From: Acidobacteriota bacterium
Lineage (GTDB): Bacteria; Acidobacteriota; UBA6911; RPQK01; JAJDTT01
Direction: 5' to 3'
NCBI GenBank assembly: GCA_965263035.1
Contig: OZ253580.1
Span: 3,744,001 to 3,808,000, forward strand
DNA: 64,000 nt
Part shown: piece by piece, positions 9,808-17,932 of the stretch
Layout of the letters: every line of letters starts with the position of its first letter
How positions within the stretch are numbered: position 1 is the stretch's first letter
Program-made: the position numbers and the translations under genes
Notes under the pieces: generated by a model
Told to the model about the DNA's origin: nothing
The model's input: the letters and a program-made list of their open reading frames with translations, nothing else
Databases searched by the model: none

Positions 9808-11267
9808 CCGACTCTAGCCAGATCCTGCGGGTGGCTTCGGACCAGTTCCAGCATGGCGTCCCGGTTCGGCTCCCGGCCCGTCCAGGTCGAGAACTGGAGC
9901 GCCGCCTGCTCTACGAACATCTCCATTCCCGAGATGGTTCCGATGCCCTGTCCAGCCGCCAACTTCAAGAGCTTCGTCTCCTCCGGCTGGTAGACCAAAT
10001 CGTAGACCCATTCGAAACGCAGGTCCGGCTCTGCCAGCAGCGAGGCGTCCACGTCGGGGGACTGGCCCACCGGAGTAGTGTTGACGCAGAGAAAAGCGGA
10101 ATCGGGAAGTTCCGGGAGCAAGGTATGGGCACAGCCGTATCGGCGTGCGAACCGTGCGACCCGCTCCGCACTGCGTCCGGCCACCGTCACCCGCGCTCCG
10201 TGGCCGATCAAAGCCTCCATCACCGTGTGGGCGACGCCGCCGTTTCCCAGGACCAGAGCGTCCTTTCCTCGAATGGGGGTCCTGGAGAGAAGTGGCTGCA
10301 GGAACCCGCGATAGTCCGTGTTCAATCCCTCCCACCGGCCGTCTTTGCGCACCAGCGTGTTGATGGCGGGCGCCGCAGCAGTGTCTCGGGAAACCAGGGC
10401 GGCGGCGTCCTGCTTGAACGGCAGCGTCACACTGAACCCCTTGAAGGACAGACGGCTGCCCTCCAGGTAGTGGAACCACGGCTCCAGCTCGTCCAGCCGG
10501 ATCGGGAGATAGAGCTGGCGGTCGAGATCGTGTCGCCTGAAAAGCTGATTATGGATCCAGGGAGACCTGGAGTGAGCCACCGGATTCCCCAGAACGGCGT
10601 ACAGATCGGGAGCCTGATTCCAGGAATCGAGCCGGTAGAGATCCACTGCGGTTTCCAGGCTGAATTGACCTGGGGCGGTTCCCTCGCCCTCTTCCTCCGC
10701 CACGAAAGTCCAGGCGTTCCCCAGGAAGGCACCCAAGGCCCGGGAGGGCTGGCCGAAGTCCCCCATCCCCAGCAGGACGTATGCTGCCCCCTGGGGGACC
10801 GATTCCATCCAGCTCAACAGGGTCACCAACTCCCGGGTGGAAGAGACCATCACGGCGATCTTGACCACATCGCCCTTCAAGGCGTCGAGTCTGGCGTAGA
10901 GGCGGTTCAGATCTCCGGGAAAGGTGTCGAAGGAGTGGAAAGAACGGATCAGTCGTGTCGTGTCGGGGAAGGGCGGGAGTTCCTGGACGTCATGTTCGAC
11001 GTCCACCCAATGGAATCCGCTCCTCGCGGCCTCCAGGAGCAGGTTCAATCGATCCGCTTCCGGACCGGTATAATTCCCCCCCTCGCGCGGGGGGCGGCAA
11101 GTTGCGATGAACTCGGTCCGGGTCCCGGCCGGCAGGGGTGGGACTTGAGGTGTGGAAAGACTATCCAGGCGGCATTCGATGAGGGCCACCCGGCCCGCAT
11201 ATCGATGAACCTTTTCCAGCAGGCGTGACGGCGATTCCTCGCCCAGGGCGAGACAGAGTCTGGGCAT
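9804..11267 (-). CDS. aroD-aroE: Bifunctional type I 3-dehydroquinate dehydratase / shikimate dehydrogenase
   Basis: N-terminal ECRLD, ATCR...EGG, IRSFH, VKIA; C-terminal GNPVAHSRSP, SVTLPFK, NTDY, GNGG, GMEMFVEQA. Confidence 0.9.
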   Translation of the reverse strand: MPRLCLALGEESPSRLLEKVHRYAGRVALIECRLDSLSTPQVPPLPAGTRTEFIATCRPPREGGNYTGPEADRLNLLLEAARSGFHWVDVEHDVQELPPFPDTTRLIRSFHSFDTFPGDLNRLYARLDALKGDVVKIAVMVSSTRELVTLLSWMESVPQGAAYVLLGMGDFGQPSRALGAFLGNAWTFVAEEEGEGTAPGQFSLETAVDLYRLDSWNQAPDLYAVLGNPVAHSRSPWIHNQLFRRHDLDRQLYLPIRLDELEPWFHYLEGSRLSFKGFSVTLPFKQDAAALVSRDTAAAPAINTLVRKDGRWEGLNTDYRGFLQPLLSRTPIRGKDALVLGNGGVAHTVMEALIGHGARVTVAGRSAERVARFARRYGCAHTLLPELPDSAFLCVNTTPVGQSPDVDASLLAEPDLRFEWVYDLVYQPEETKLLKLAAGQGIGTISGMEMFVEQAALQFSTWTGREPNRDAMLELVRSHPQDLARVG

Positions 11268-11277
11268 GGGCGTCTAA

Positions 11278-11600
11278 CAGTCCGTGGTGAAAGTCCCGCG
11301 TAGGAGTCTGCGCGGTAGAAATGATCGTAGCGAGAAAGTGGGGAATCGAGGCCAGATTTTCTCGATTTGGAGGTGCATAGTTGTTCTATTCGCCGAGAAA
11401 TCGAGGAAATATGGACCGATTCTACCGCTTTCGCAGCAGATCAATTTCTGCGGCGCAGGCTCCTAGCACCGAGACCGGGGCTGCGCCCGCCGGACAAGGC
11501 GCGGTGAGGGAGCGTATTCGACCATATGTGACCGAGTCGCAACGCAGTCCGCCGGGATGCAGACCCGGTCGAATGTCGCGACGACTCTTGCCACGGGCTG
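11278..11600 (-). mobile_element. MITE family A (158-bp variant) interrupted by a family B copy
   Basis: CAGTCCGTGGTGAAAGTCCCGCG (11278-11300), then the B insert, then CACCGAGACC...CCACGGGCTG ending at 11600. Confidence 0.9.
11301..11466 (+). mobile_element. MITE family B nested inside family A
   Basis: TAGGAGTCTGCGCGGTAGAAAT...ATTTCTGCGGCGCAGGCTCCTAG; near-identical to 43073-43239. Confidence 0.9.
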
Positions 11601-11606
11601 TCAGGT

Positions 11607-12173
11607 TCACCCGTTCACGACCGAACCAGGGTCGCCGCCGCCGCCGATTCGGCCCCAGAACCTGCGGAAGTATTCGACCATGGAAGCGCAGGCCAGAAAC
11701 ACGACTACCCACAACAGGATTTCTCCGGCGCTCGCCAGCCAGGCGGAACCCCGCTGTCCCAGGATCAGGCAGCTCACGCACAGGACCTGGGTCGCCATCT
11801 TGGCCTTCCCCAACCGGGAAGCGTCGATGGTGACTCCCTGGGCCGAGGCAATGCTTCTGAGTCCGGTTACGGCAAGCTCGCGGCCGATGACCAGGATCAC
11901 CATCCAGGCGGAAGCCACTCCCCACTCCACCAGTGCGACCAGGGCCGCCGATATGAGCACTTTGTCCGCCACCGGATCCAGGAGCTTGCCCAGCGTGGTC
12001 ACCTGCAGCCGTTTACGTGCAAGGTAGCCGTCGAAATAGTCGGTTGCCGAGGCGGCAAGGAACACGATGAATCCCCACAATTCCCGATCCTTGAATTTCC
12101 CCGTCAGCAGCACCACCAGGAGCAGGGGCACCAGGAAAATTCGCAAAATCGTAAGGGCGTTCGGCAGGTTCAT
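11607..12173 (-). CDS. pgsA: CDP-diacylglycerol--glycerol-3-phosphate 3-phosphatidyltransferase
   Basis: MNLPNALTILRI; DYFDGYLARK...TTLGKLLDPVADK. Confidence 0.95.
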   Translation of the reverse strand: MNLPNALTILRIFLVPLLLVVLLTGKFKDRELWGFIVFLAASATDYFDGYLARKRLQVTTLGKLLDPVADKVLISAALVALVEWGVASAWMVILVIGRELAVTGLRSIASAQGVTIDASRLGKAKMATQVLCVSCLILGQRGSAWLASAGEILLWVVVFLACASMVEYFRRFWGRIGGGGDPGSVVNG

Positions 12174-12247
12174 GGGGGCTTAAAGTAACACAATCTCCGA
12201 AAGAGTCACAAACGATTCCAAGGGGGTCTGAGCCCACTTGCCCCCAG

Positions 12248-12407
12248 CAGTCCGTGGTGAAAGTCCCGCGAGCACGGAGACCGTTCCTGCGCCCGCCGGA
12301 CCAGGCGCGATGAGGGAGCATACCGGGAGATATGTGACCGAGTCGCAACGCAGTCCGCGCACGATGCAGGGACGGTCGGATGCCGTGACGACTTTTGCCA
12401 CGGACTG
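12248..12407 (-). mobile_element. MITE family A, 160 bp
   Basis: Reverse copy flanked by a CCAG direct repeat (12244-12247 and 12408-12411). Confidence 0.9.
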
Positions 12408-12495
12408 CCAGGTTCGACGATTCGCACGGGCCAATGGCGGGTCTGGACCGCCGGCACAGCCCGAGTAAGCTAAACTTGCGTCAAATGTGAAACTT

Positions 12496-12512
12496 TTCCG
12501 GATTATCCGGAA
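12496..12512. promoter_or_regulatory. Perfect 8-1-8 inverted repeat, candidate operator
   Basis: TTCCGGAT-T-ATCCGGAA, about 20 bp upstream of a TTGACA (12534-12539) in front of the 3D-domain gene. Confidence 0.4.
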
Positions 12513-12594
12513 TCTGATTTTGGTCTGAAGGGATTGACAAAGATCGCAGGAATCGCTCCAATGGGCGGTTCGGACTTGGAGAGAGGTTCCGACA

Positions 12595-13065
12595 ATGACT
12601 CGAGTTGGAAAAGTTGTCCTTATTATGTTCGGGACACTGGCGCTTAGCGCCTCCGCCGGGATCGGTCTGCTCTTGGATCCCAACCTGGGGGCGCTGCTCG
12701 GAGGTTTCCGGCCGGATTCGGCGTCCCTAGAGCGGTTCATTGGACCGCGGGATTCCGGATATCGCGTCTTTGTCGCCACAGCCTACTGCCTCAAGGGGGT
12801 TACCCGTTCCGGCGTGCAGGTCAAACGGGGCATCGTGGCGGCCGATCCGTCCAGAATTCCTCTGGGATCGGTCATCCAGGTGAGGGCCGGCACCTACAGT
12901 GGGATCTACAGGGTTCTCGACACCGGTTCCGCGATCAAGGGCAGAGTCATCGACATCTACGTTCCCGACTACAACGAGGCCATGCGGTTCGGCAGACAAC
13001 GGGTTCAGGTCCGTGTTCTGCGCCACGGCTGGGATCGGGAAATTCCCACCGATACGCTGAGCTAG
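12595..13065 (+). CDS. Membrane-anchored 3D (MltA-like/Sps) domain protein
   Basis: N-terminal TM; ATAYC, GIVAADP, IPLGS, DTGSAIKGRVIDIY; AGAGG Shine-Dalgarno. Confidence 0.9.
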   Translation: MTRVGKVVLIMFGTLALSASAGIGLLLDPNLGALLGGFRPDSASLERFIGPRDSGYRVFVATAYCLKGVTRSGVQVKRGIVAADPSRIPLGSVIQVRAGTYSGIYRVLDTGSAIKGRVIDIYVPDYNEAMRFGRQRVQVRVLRHGWDREIPTDTLS

Positions 13066-13226
13066 GAGCCTGCGCCGCAGAAATTGATCTACTGCGAAAG
13101 CGGTAGAATCGGTCCATATTTCCCCGATTTCTCGGCGAATAGAACAACTATGCACCTCCAAATCGAGAAAATCTGGCCTCGATTCCCCACTTTCTCGCTA
13201 CGATCATTTCTACCGCGCAGACTCCT
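13062..13226 (-). mobile_element. MITE family B
   Basis: Reverse copy whose CTAG end contains the TAG stop of the 3D-domain gene. Confidence 0.9.
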
Positions 13227-13228
13227 GG

Positions 13229-13285
13229 CAGCCCGTGGCAAAAGTCGTCACGGCATTCGACCGTCCCTGCATCGTGCGCGGACTG
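13229..13285 (+). mobile_element. MITE family A, internally deleted 57-bp copy
   Basis: First 57 nt match the copy at 3653 and end at the internal CGGACTG followed by CTAG. Confidence 0.85.
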
Positions 13286-13324
13286 CTAGCGATCCTCTCA
13301 ACAACCGGGTCCTTCCCCGCCGGT

Positions 13325-13333
13325 TGCTATAAT
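13325..13333 (+). promoter_or_regulatory. Extended -10 promoter, leaderless-type, for uvrC
   Basis: TGcTATAAT, 8 nt before ATG 13342, no Shine-Dalgarno. Confidence 0.65.
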
Positions 13334-13341
13334 TCCGCTCG

Positions 13342-15162
13342 ATGAGTGAGGAGGTTCTGGAGGCCCGGCTCGGCCACCTTCCCGACAAGTGCGGCGTCTA
13401 CCTGTTCCGGGACGCCGAGCAGCGCATCATTTACATCGGCAAGGGCAAGAGCCTCAGGCACCGGGTGCGCTCCTACTTCCAAGCCAGCCGGTCCTGGGAC
13501 CAGAAGACGGAGGTTCTGAAGCGTCAGATTCGGGATCTTGAGTTCATCGTCACCGATACCGAAGTGGAAGCTCTCATCCTGGAGAGCAACCTGGTCCGCA
13601 AACACAAGCCCAAGTTCAACGTGAACTTGAAGGACGATAAATCCTTCCTGCTGGTGAAGCTGACGGTGAACGAGGACTTCCCCAGGGTCCTGCTCACCCG
13701 GCGCAAGCTGCGAGACGGAGCCCTCTACTTCGGGCCTTTCCTGCCGGCCTCTCTGGCCCGCAACACCATCAAGATCATCAACCGCCATTTTCTGCTCCGA
13801 ACCTGCGACATGGAGATCGACGGAGGTCTGGATCGACCCTGTCTCGAGTACTACATCAAACGCTGCCTGGGTCCGTGCGTGGCGGGTCTCTGTTCCCAGT
13901 CCCAGTACACCGCGTCGGTCAGGGACGTGATCCTGTTGCTCGAGGGAAAGAACGAGGAATTGCTCCGGAATCTGACTCGCCGGATGCTCGCCGCCTCCGA
14001 GAAGCTGCAGTACGAGACGGCGGCCTTCTACCGGGATCGAATCCGCATGGTCCGGGAACTCAAAGAGAAGCAGAAGATGATTCTGCGTGGGCCGTCAGAC
14101 GTGGACATCTTCGCCTACTACCGGGAGGGGTCCCGACTGGCCCTCCAACTCTTCACCATGCGGAACGCCAGGATCGTCGGGAAACGGGAGTTCTATTGGG
14201 AGGACCTGGAGTATTTCCATCCCGCCCGTTTCCTGAGGGATGCTCTCCAGCAATACTACCTGAACTCCGGATTCGTTCCCGGGGAGATCTATCTTCCCGC
14301 CGAGGCCGAGGACCGGGAGCTGATCCGGACTTGGCTCGACGGACGGCGAACCATCGGACAACGGCGGCAGGTACGCATCCTGGTGCCCCGGAGGGGGGAC
14401 AAGCACGACCTCCTGCTGTTGGTCGAACGCAACGCCAAGGTGGCTTTCGAGCGCCGTTTCAAAGTCTTGAGGACGGCCCGATTGAAGGTCTTGGAGGAGT
14501 TCCAGAGGCTTCTGGACCTGGAGGAGACTCCCGCTCGCATCGAGGCCTTCGACGTCTCCAACATCCAGGGAGAGGAGACGGTCGCTTCCATGGTGGTCTG
14601 TCTGGACGGACGCATGGAGCATGGCGAGTACCGGAAATACCGGATCAGGACGGTGTCCGGCCCCGACGACTATTCGGCCATGCGGGAAGCCGTCGGCCGG
14701 AGATACCGGCGTCTGCGGGAAAAAAAACAGACCCTTCCCCATTTGATTCTCATCGACGGAGGCAAGGGGCAACTGCACAGCGCGTATCAGGCGCTATCCG
14801 AGTTGGGGATCGAAGACACGCCCCTGATCAGCCTGGCAAAGCGGGAGGAGCACATCTTCGTCAAAGGGAGGGAGGATGCCCTCGTCCTGGACCGGGGCTC
14901 GCCCCTGTTGCATCTGGTCCAGGAGATCCGGGACGAAGCGCATCGTTTCGCGGTCAGCTACCATCGAAAGCGCCGCTCGATTCGGGATTTCGGTTCCGAG
15001 CTGGACCGTATCCGCGGCATCGGCGAGAAACGCAAGAAGCGGCTGTTGCGCAACTTCGGCAGCGTCAACCGAATCCGGCGAGCCACCACCGAAGAGTTGG
15101 TCCCCTTCCTGGGAGAAAAGCTGGCCATCCGCGTCAAGGAGGGCCTGTCCGGACCACGCTGA
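13342..15162 (+). CDS. uvrC: Excinuclease ABC subunit C
   Basis: GIY-YIG domain (GVYLF...IYIGK), Cys cluster, RIEAFDVSN, LIDGGKGQ, IRDEAHRFA, HhH. Confidence 0.97.
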   Translation: MSEEVLEARLGHLPDKCGVYLFRDAEQRIIYIGKGKSLRHRVRSYFQASRSWDQKTEVLKRQIRDLEFIVTDTEVEALILESNLVRKHKPKFNVNLKDDKSFLLVKLTVNEDFPRVLLTRRKLRDGALYFGPFLPASLARNTIKIINRHFLLRTCDMEIDGGLDRPCLEYYIKRCLGPCVAGLCSQSQYTASVRDVILLLEGKNEELLRNLTRRMLAASEKLQYETAAFYRDRIRMVRELKEKQKMILRGPSDVDIFAYYREGSRLALQLFTMRNARIVGKREFYWEDLEYFHPARFLRDALQQYYLNSGFVPGEIYLPAEAEDRELIRTWLDGRRTIGQRRQVRILVPRRGDKHDLLLLVERNAKVAFERRFKVLRTARLKVLEEFQRLLDLEETPARIEAFDVSNIQGEETVASMVVCLDGRMEHGEYRKYRIRTVSGPDDYSAMREAVGRRYRRLREKKQTLPHLILIDGGKGQLHSAYQALSELGIEDTPLISLAKREEHIFVKGREDALVLDRGSPLLHLVQEIRDEAHRFAVSYHRKRRSIRDFGSELDRIRGIGEKRKKRLLRNFGSVNRIRRATTEELVPFLGEKLAIRVKEGLSGPR

Positions 15163-15261
15163 GGGAGCGATGGCATTCCTGCCGCCGAACGCCAGAGTAA
15201 CGGCCAGGTGATGCGGGAGCGGGCGAAGAAGGGACGCCCAATGGAAGGTGGAGAAAGAGTG

Positions 15262-15287
15262 GGGGACAGGGATGTCCCCTCTCCTAC
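15262..15287 (-). repeat. GTAG-type REP-like palindrome
   Basis: Minus strand GTAG-GAGA-GGGGACA-TCCC-TGTCCCC; the GTAG includes the yjjX stop. Confidence 0.55.
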
Positions 15288-15859
15288 CCGTACACGTGGG
15301 TGTTGTAGAAGGGGGCGAAAGCCGCGGTGAGAGCCAAGGCGTAGGACTGGTTCCGGTTGAGGAGCTCCTGGCTCAGGAGCATCCAGCCTTCCTGTCCGGA
15401 TTGCAGCTGCCGAGTTCGGCAAAACCGGTCGATGACGATCTCCAGCTCGATGCCTCGATCGATCACCGGATCGGCAATTTGAGATGGAACCGATATCCCG
15501 TTGCCGTGGCCGAAATAGCCGTTGAGACCGTCGGACACGTAGACCCAACTCTCCAGGACGACCTGCCGCCGAGCCCCCGAGGAAGCGATCACGTTGAATC
15601 CTTCCTCCATCCCGACGTAGAAGTCGGCTTCGCTCCGCTCCCGCTTCAGCTGCATGATGAGATGGTCCACACGACTCAGCACGTTCCAGGACAGGTCCGC
15701 CGAGGTCGTGGGGATCTTCGGAGCGTCGGTGGAAACGTCGTAACAGAGAAAATCGACGCCTTCATCGATCCCACGAGGCATCCTGTCCGCGAGCTCTTCC
15801 CAGATCTGCTTTACGGCATTCACCTTGGCGGGCCGAGTGCTCCCAACGGCGACTCTCAT
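15284..15859 (-). CDS. yjjX: Inosine/xanthosine triphosphatase (DUF84/YjjX family)
   Basis: MRVAVGSTRPAKVNAV, FYVGMEEG, and the C-terminal G..LS...NR...AL..AFAPF. Confidence 0.75.
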   Translation of the reverse strand: MRVAVGSTRPAKVNAVKQIWEELADRMPRGIDEGVDFLCYDVSTDAPKIPTTSADLSWNVLSRVDHLIMQLKRERSEADFYVGMEEGFNVIASSGARRQVVLESWVYVSDGLNGYFGHGNGISVPSQIADPVIDRGIELEIVIDRFCRTRQLQSGQEGWMLLSQELLNRNQSYALALTAAFAPFYNTHVYG

Positions 15860-15922
15860 CTCAATTCAGTCTAGCAGCCCATGGCGACCTTTTTCGATGC
15901 CGCATTCGATCCGTTTCATACC

Positions 15923-16729
15923 TCACCGGCCTCTCTCACTCCTCTTCTTCGGTGATTCGGATTGCAGCATTTCGACCAAGTCATGGTGAATCCGGCCATT
16001 GCTGGCCAGGACCGTCCGTTCCTCCAATTGGAACGGCGAACCGTCCAGATTGCTGACGCTTCCTTCGGCCTCCTCCACCACCAACCAGCCGGCCGCCATG
16101 TCCCAGGGACTCAGGCTCAACTCCCAGTAACCGTCAAAACGCCCACAGGCGACGTAGCAGAGATCGAGCGCAGCCGAGCCATCCCGACGCACGGCCTGGA
16201 CCTTGCGGGACACCTGTGCGAACAGTTCCAGGTTCATCTCCATCTCCCGGTAATCGTAGGAGAAACCCGTGGCGAGAAAGCCGTGGCGAAGATCCGCTTG
16301 TTCGGACACGCGGATGGGATTGCCGTTGAGTTGTGCTCCGCCCCCCAAGGTCGCCGAAAAGAGCTCTTCCGCCACCGGATCGTAGACGACTCCCAGCTGG
16401 ATCCGGCCTTCGACCCGATAGGCCAGGGAAACGCTGAAAAAGGGGTACCGGTGGGAGTAGTTGGTGGTGCCGTCCAAGGGATCGATCACCCATTGCCGCT
16501 CGCTCGCTCCATGAACGCCTGATTCTTCGGCCAGGATGGAATCGTGGGGGAAATGGCGTCTGATGGTCTCGATGATGGTCCTCTCGGCGGCGAGATCGGC
16601 CTCCGTCACCAGGTTTCTGGGACCCTTGGCGGATACCTCCAGGTCGGAGTCCATGAATTCCAGCAGGACTCGGCCACCCTCCAGTGCGGCGTCCCTGGCC
16701 ACCGCCATGATTGCGCTCGTTCCCGTCAC
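15923..16729 (-). CDS. suhB: Inositol monophosphatase
   Basis: LVTEAD, AEES, WVIDPLDGTTN, GSAALDLCYVACG, PWDMAAG. Confidence 0.93.
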   Translation of the reverse strand: MTGTSAIMAVARDAALEGGRVLLEFMDSDLEVSAKGPRNLVTEADLAAERTIIETIRRHFPHDSILAEESGVHGASERQWVIDPLDGTTNYSHRYPFFSVSLAYRVEGRIQLGVVYDPVAEELFSATLGGGAQLNGNPIRVSEQADLRHGFLATGFSYDYREMEMNLELFAQVSRKVQAVRRDGSAALDLCYVACGRFDGYWELSLSPWDMAAGWLVVEEAEGSVSNLDGSPFQLEERTVLASNGRIHHDLVEMLQSESPKKRSERGR

Positions 16730-17223
16730 GTGTCCCCGCCGGTCTGGACCAGCAGGACGACCGACTGAACGGCAATTCCCTCGCGGCGGCCGATCGTGCC
16801 GCAGCCTTCCATAGTGGTCGCCTTGAGGCCGATCCGTCCCGGCTCCACCGACAGCAGCCTCGCCAGATTCGCCTTCATGGCCTCCACGTAGGGCTGGATC
16901 CGGGGGACTTCCGCCAGCACGGTGATGTCCAGGTTGACGACGGCGAACCCCCTGTCCCGTACCAGCTCATACGCCTTCTCCAAAAGCATCAGACTGGAGC
17001 TGTCGCGGTAAGCCGGATCGGTGTCGGGAAACCAGGTGCCGATGTCCCTCAGTCCGGCGGCGCCCAGAAGGGCGTCGGTCACCGCATGGAGCAGAGCGTC
17101 GGCGTCCGAGTGCCCCTGCAACCCCAGGGGGTGTGGGATCCGGACTCCACCCAGCAAGAGGCGCCGATCCCGGCCAAAAGGGTGAAAGTCGAATCCCAGG
17201 CCGACACGAAATCCGTCCGTCAT
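16726..17223 (-). CDS. ispF: 2-C-methyl-D-erythritol 2,4-cyclodiphosphate synthase
   Basis: RVGLGFDFH, GHSDADALLHA, DIG..FPDTD, KATTME. Confidence 0.95.
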   Translation of the reverse strand: MTDGFRVGLGFDFHPFGRDRRLLLGGVRIPHPLGLQGHSDADALLHAVTDALLGAAGLRDIGTWFPDTDPAYRDSSSLMLLEKAYELVRDRGFAVVNLDITVLAEVPRIQPYVEAMKANLARLLSVEPGRIGLKATTMEGCGTIGRREGIAVQSVVLLVQTGGDT

Positions 17224-17287
17224 GTCTGCACTCCGTACCCTCGAACCCCTGGAAACGTTTCCGAAGCGCCGGCCACCGTGCGGGATC

Positions 17288-17932
17288 TCACAGGTCCCCC
17301 TCGAATGTGACCTTGAGGTTCCTGGGGTCTCCCTCCACTGCCTGAACCTCCATTCCAATGCGCTCCACCAGGGAGGCTTCGTCGGTTCCGTAGAAGTGGT
17401 CCTGCCCGGCTTGCCGGAGGGCCTCCTTGAGGACTTCGGCCGGAAATCCCTGCGGCGTCTGGGCCAGGCCCAGGCGCTCACGCTCCAGGGTTCGCTCCAC
17501 CCTGCCCGAAACCACCTCCTTCACCGTGTCCCGAATCTTCAGGATGGGAACCGCGGCGCTCCCTCGGCGGACCGTCCGGATCACCCGGGCGATCAGCGGG
17601 GCATCAACGAAAGGCCGGGCCGCATCGTGGACCAGGACGACCTCCACGGGGGGAGAGAGCAGTTGGAGACCCCTGGACACGGTATCCTGACGGTGGCGCC
17701 CACCTGGAACCACCTGCAACTTCTTGTCCCGGGAAGCCCCTCCCGACAACTCTTGCCGGACCATCTCGATCCAGTCGTCCGGCACCAGTATCACCGCCTC
17801 GTCCAGGAAAGGAAGGAAGGGATCAAGGGCCAGCCGATACAGGCGCTCGCCCCCCATCCTCAAGAACTGCTTTGGAATCTGGGAGCCGAATCGGGAGCCG
17901 CTGCCGGCAGCCGCCAGAATCAGTCCGGTCAA
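17288..17932 (-). CDS. ispD: 2-C-methyl-D-erythritol 4-phosphate cytidylyltransferase
   Basis: AAGSGSRF, PKQF, VLVHDAARPF, QTPQGF, TDEAS, NLKVT. Probable TTG start overlapping the radA stop. Confidence 0.93.
   Translation of the reverse strand: MTGLILAAAGSGSRFGSQIPKQFLRMGGERLYRLALDPFLPFLDEAVILVPDDWIEMVRQELSGGASRDKKLQVVPGGRHRQDTVSRGLQLLSPPVEVVLVHDAARPFVDAPLIARVIRTVRRGSAAVPILKIRDTVKEVVSGRVERTLERERLGLAQTPQGFPAEVLKEALRQAGQDHFYGTDEASLVERIGMEVQAVEGDPRNLKVTFEGDL

Noticed and set aside
9804-11267. AroD-AroE fusion as a novelty
   Set aside because: This fusion is already known from plants, Chlamydiae, Planctomycetes and other bacteria.
12412-12594. c-di-AMP riboswitch upstream of the 3D-domain gene
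   Set aside because: The characteristic GCTGAATCC / GGGGTGAAT / TCAGCTAAC elements are not visible.
13084-13332. Recurrent short ORFs (MIYCESG..., MFYSPRN..., MAKVVTAF...)
   Set aside because: These are translations of the MITE sequences, with no translation signals or transposase motifs.
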